Part shown: positions 63,537-64,000 of the stretch, piece by piece
How positions within the stretch are numbered: the first letter of the stretch is position 1
Layout of the letters: every line of letters begins with the position of its first letter
DNA from: an uncultured Spirochaetales bacterium
GTDB lineage: Bacteria > Desulfobacterota_D > UBA1144
Length of the DNA: 64,000 bases
NCBI GenBank assembly: GCA_964440275.1
Contig: CAYTRR010000004.1
Span: forward strand, 14,258-78,257
Direction of reading: 5' to 3'
Translations under genes and position numbers: made by a program
Notes under the pieces: generated by a model
Databases searched by the model: none
Told to the model about the DNA's origin: nothing
Seen by the model: only the letters and a program-made list of their open reading frames with translations

Positions 63537-64000
63537 ATGAAGGTTTTACTCTTAGATATATACAGAAAAGATGTTAACTACAGAATATCCAAAGACACAA
63601 ACGGTTCATACGGTACGGGTAATGATTACGGAGATAGTCTTCTTGCAAAATTTCTGAAAAAAATATCCAAGAGAACTAATTTCTGGCCACCTTTATATCT
63701 GATGTATACAGGATCAGTTCTTAGAGAACAAGGACACAAAGTCGAATATATAAATTCTTTAGAACGTGGCTACGACCTAAATAGTTTACATTCTGATTAT
63801 GACGCAATCATAATGTCGAGTTCTATAGTATGTCACGAAAGTGAAATAGAAGTTATCAAAAACATTAAAGACAAGAGCAAAGTTGTAGTTATTGGCTCAT
63901 TTGTTACAAATAATCCAAAAAGATATTTAGATCAAGGAGTAAAGGTAATTAAAGGAGAGCCAGAATTTTATTTTACTGATAATAATTTAAAAGATTTGAT
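63537..64000 (+). CDS. N-terminal cobalamin-binding-like region of a probable B12-dependent radical SAM protein (runs off the window)
   Basis: Absent from the ORF track; hand translation MKVLLLDIYRKDVNYRISKDTNGSYGTG...WPPLYLMYTGSVLREQGHKV...VVVIGSFVT...IKGEPEF matches the PPL.L.Y / G.H-like / GE.E pattern; the CxxxCxxC motif would lie beyond the window. Confidence 0.65.
   Translation, partial: MKVLLLDIYRKDVNYRISKDTNGSYGTGNDYGDSLLAKFLKKISKRTNFWPPLYLMYTGSVLREQGHKVEYINSLERGYDLNSLHSDYDAIIMSSSIVCHESEIEVIKNIKDKSKVVVIGSFVTNNPKRYLDQGVKVIKGEPEFYFTDNNLKDL

Noticed and set aside
60984-64000. A hopanoid hpnIJK cluster
   Set aside because: No shc, hpnH or hpnG in the window, and the radical SAM gene is incomplete; only a family-level analogy is supportable

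Overview
Very AT-rich, densely packed bacterial chromosome segment with short or overlapping intergenic spaces, as in streamlined genomes. The taxon cannot be fixed from sequence alone. Positions 1-23.8 kb are housekeeping: partial lysS, MFS, pyrC, pyrB, lepB, rel/spoT, gmk, a short chelatase, tRNA-Leu(GAG), apgM, an MBL hydrolase, ligA, uppP, rlmB, an M23 peptidase, cdsA, pdaD, proA, ndk, lipB, holA, rpsT, transaldolase, tlyA, an SDR and DUF4186. From 23.9 kb to the window end, interrupted by mipA-like/His-rich/ZIP/pgpA genes, is a large and atypical surface-glycosylation region. It holds 11 predicted lipid-phosphate-sugar-dependent (GT-C-like) membrane proteins: six DUF6311-like paralogs, three GT87-like paralogs, one 'TDD'-motif protein and one fused to a phosphoribulokinase-like domain. 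It also has five GT2 polyprenyl-phosphate sugar synthase-like genes and one GtrA flippase. Several sugar-supply modules are present: gmd; rfbAB-wecE-acetyltransferase; uxs; a PRK/aldolase/double-nucleotidyltransferase/HAD/phosphodiesterase module; and a YdjC deacetylase with a B12-radical SAM fragment. No wzx/wzy/wzm/wzt or GT4 genes were recognised. No CRISPR, integrase or transposase was seen. All family assignments come from motif recognition by eye, not database searches.
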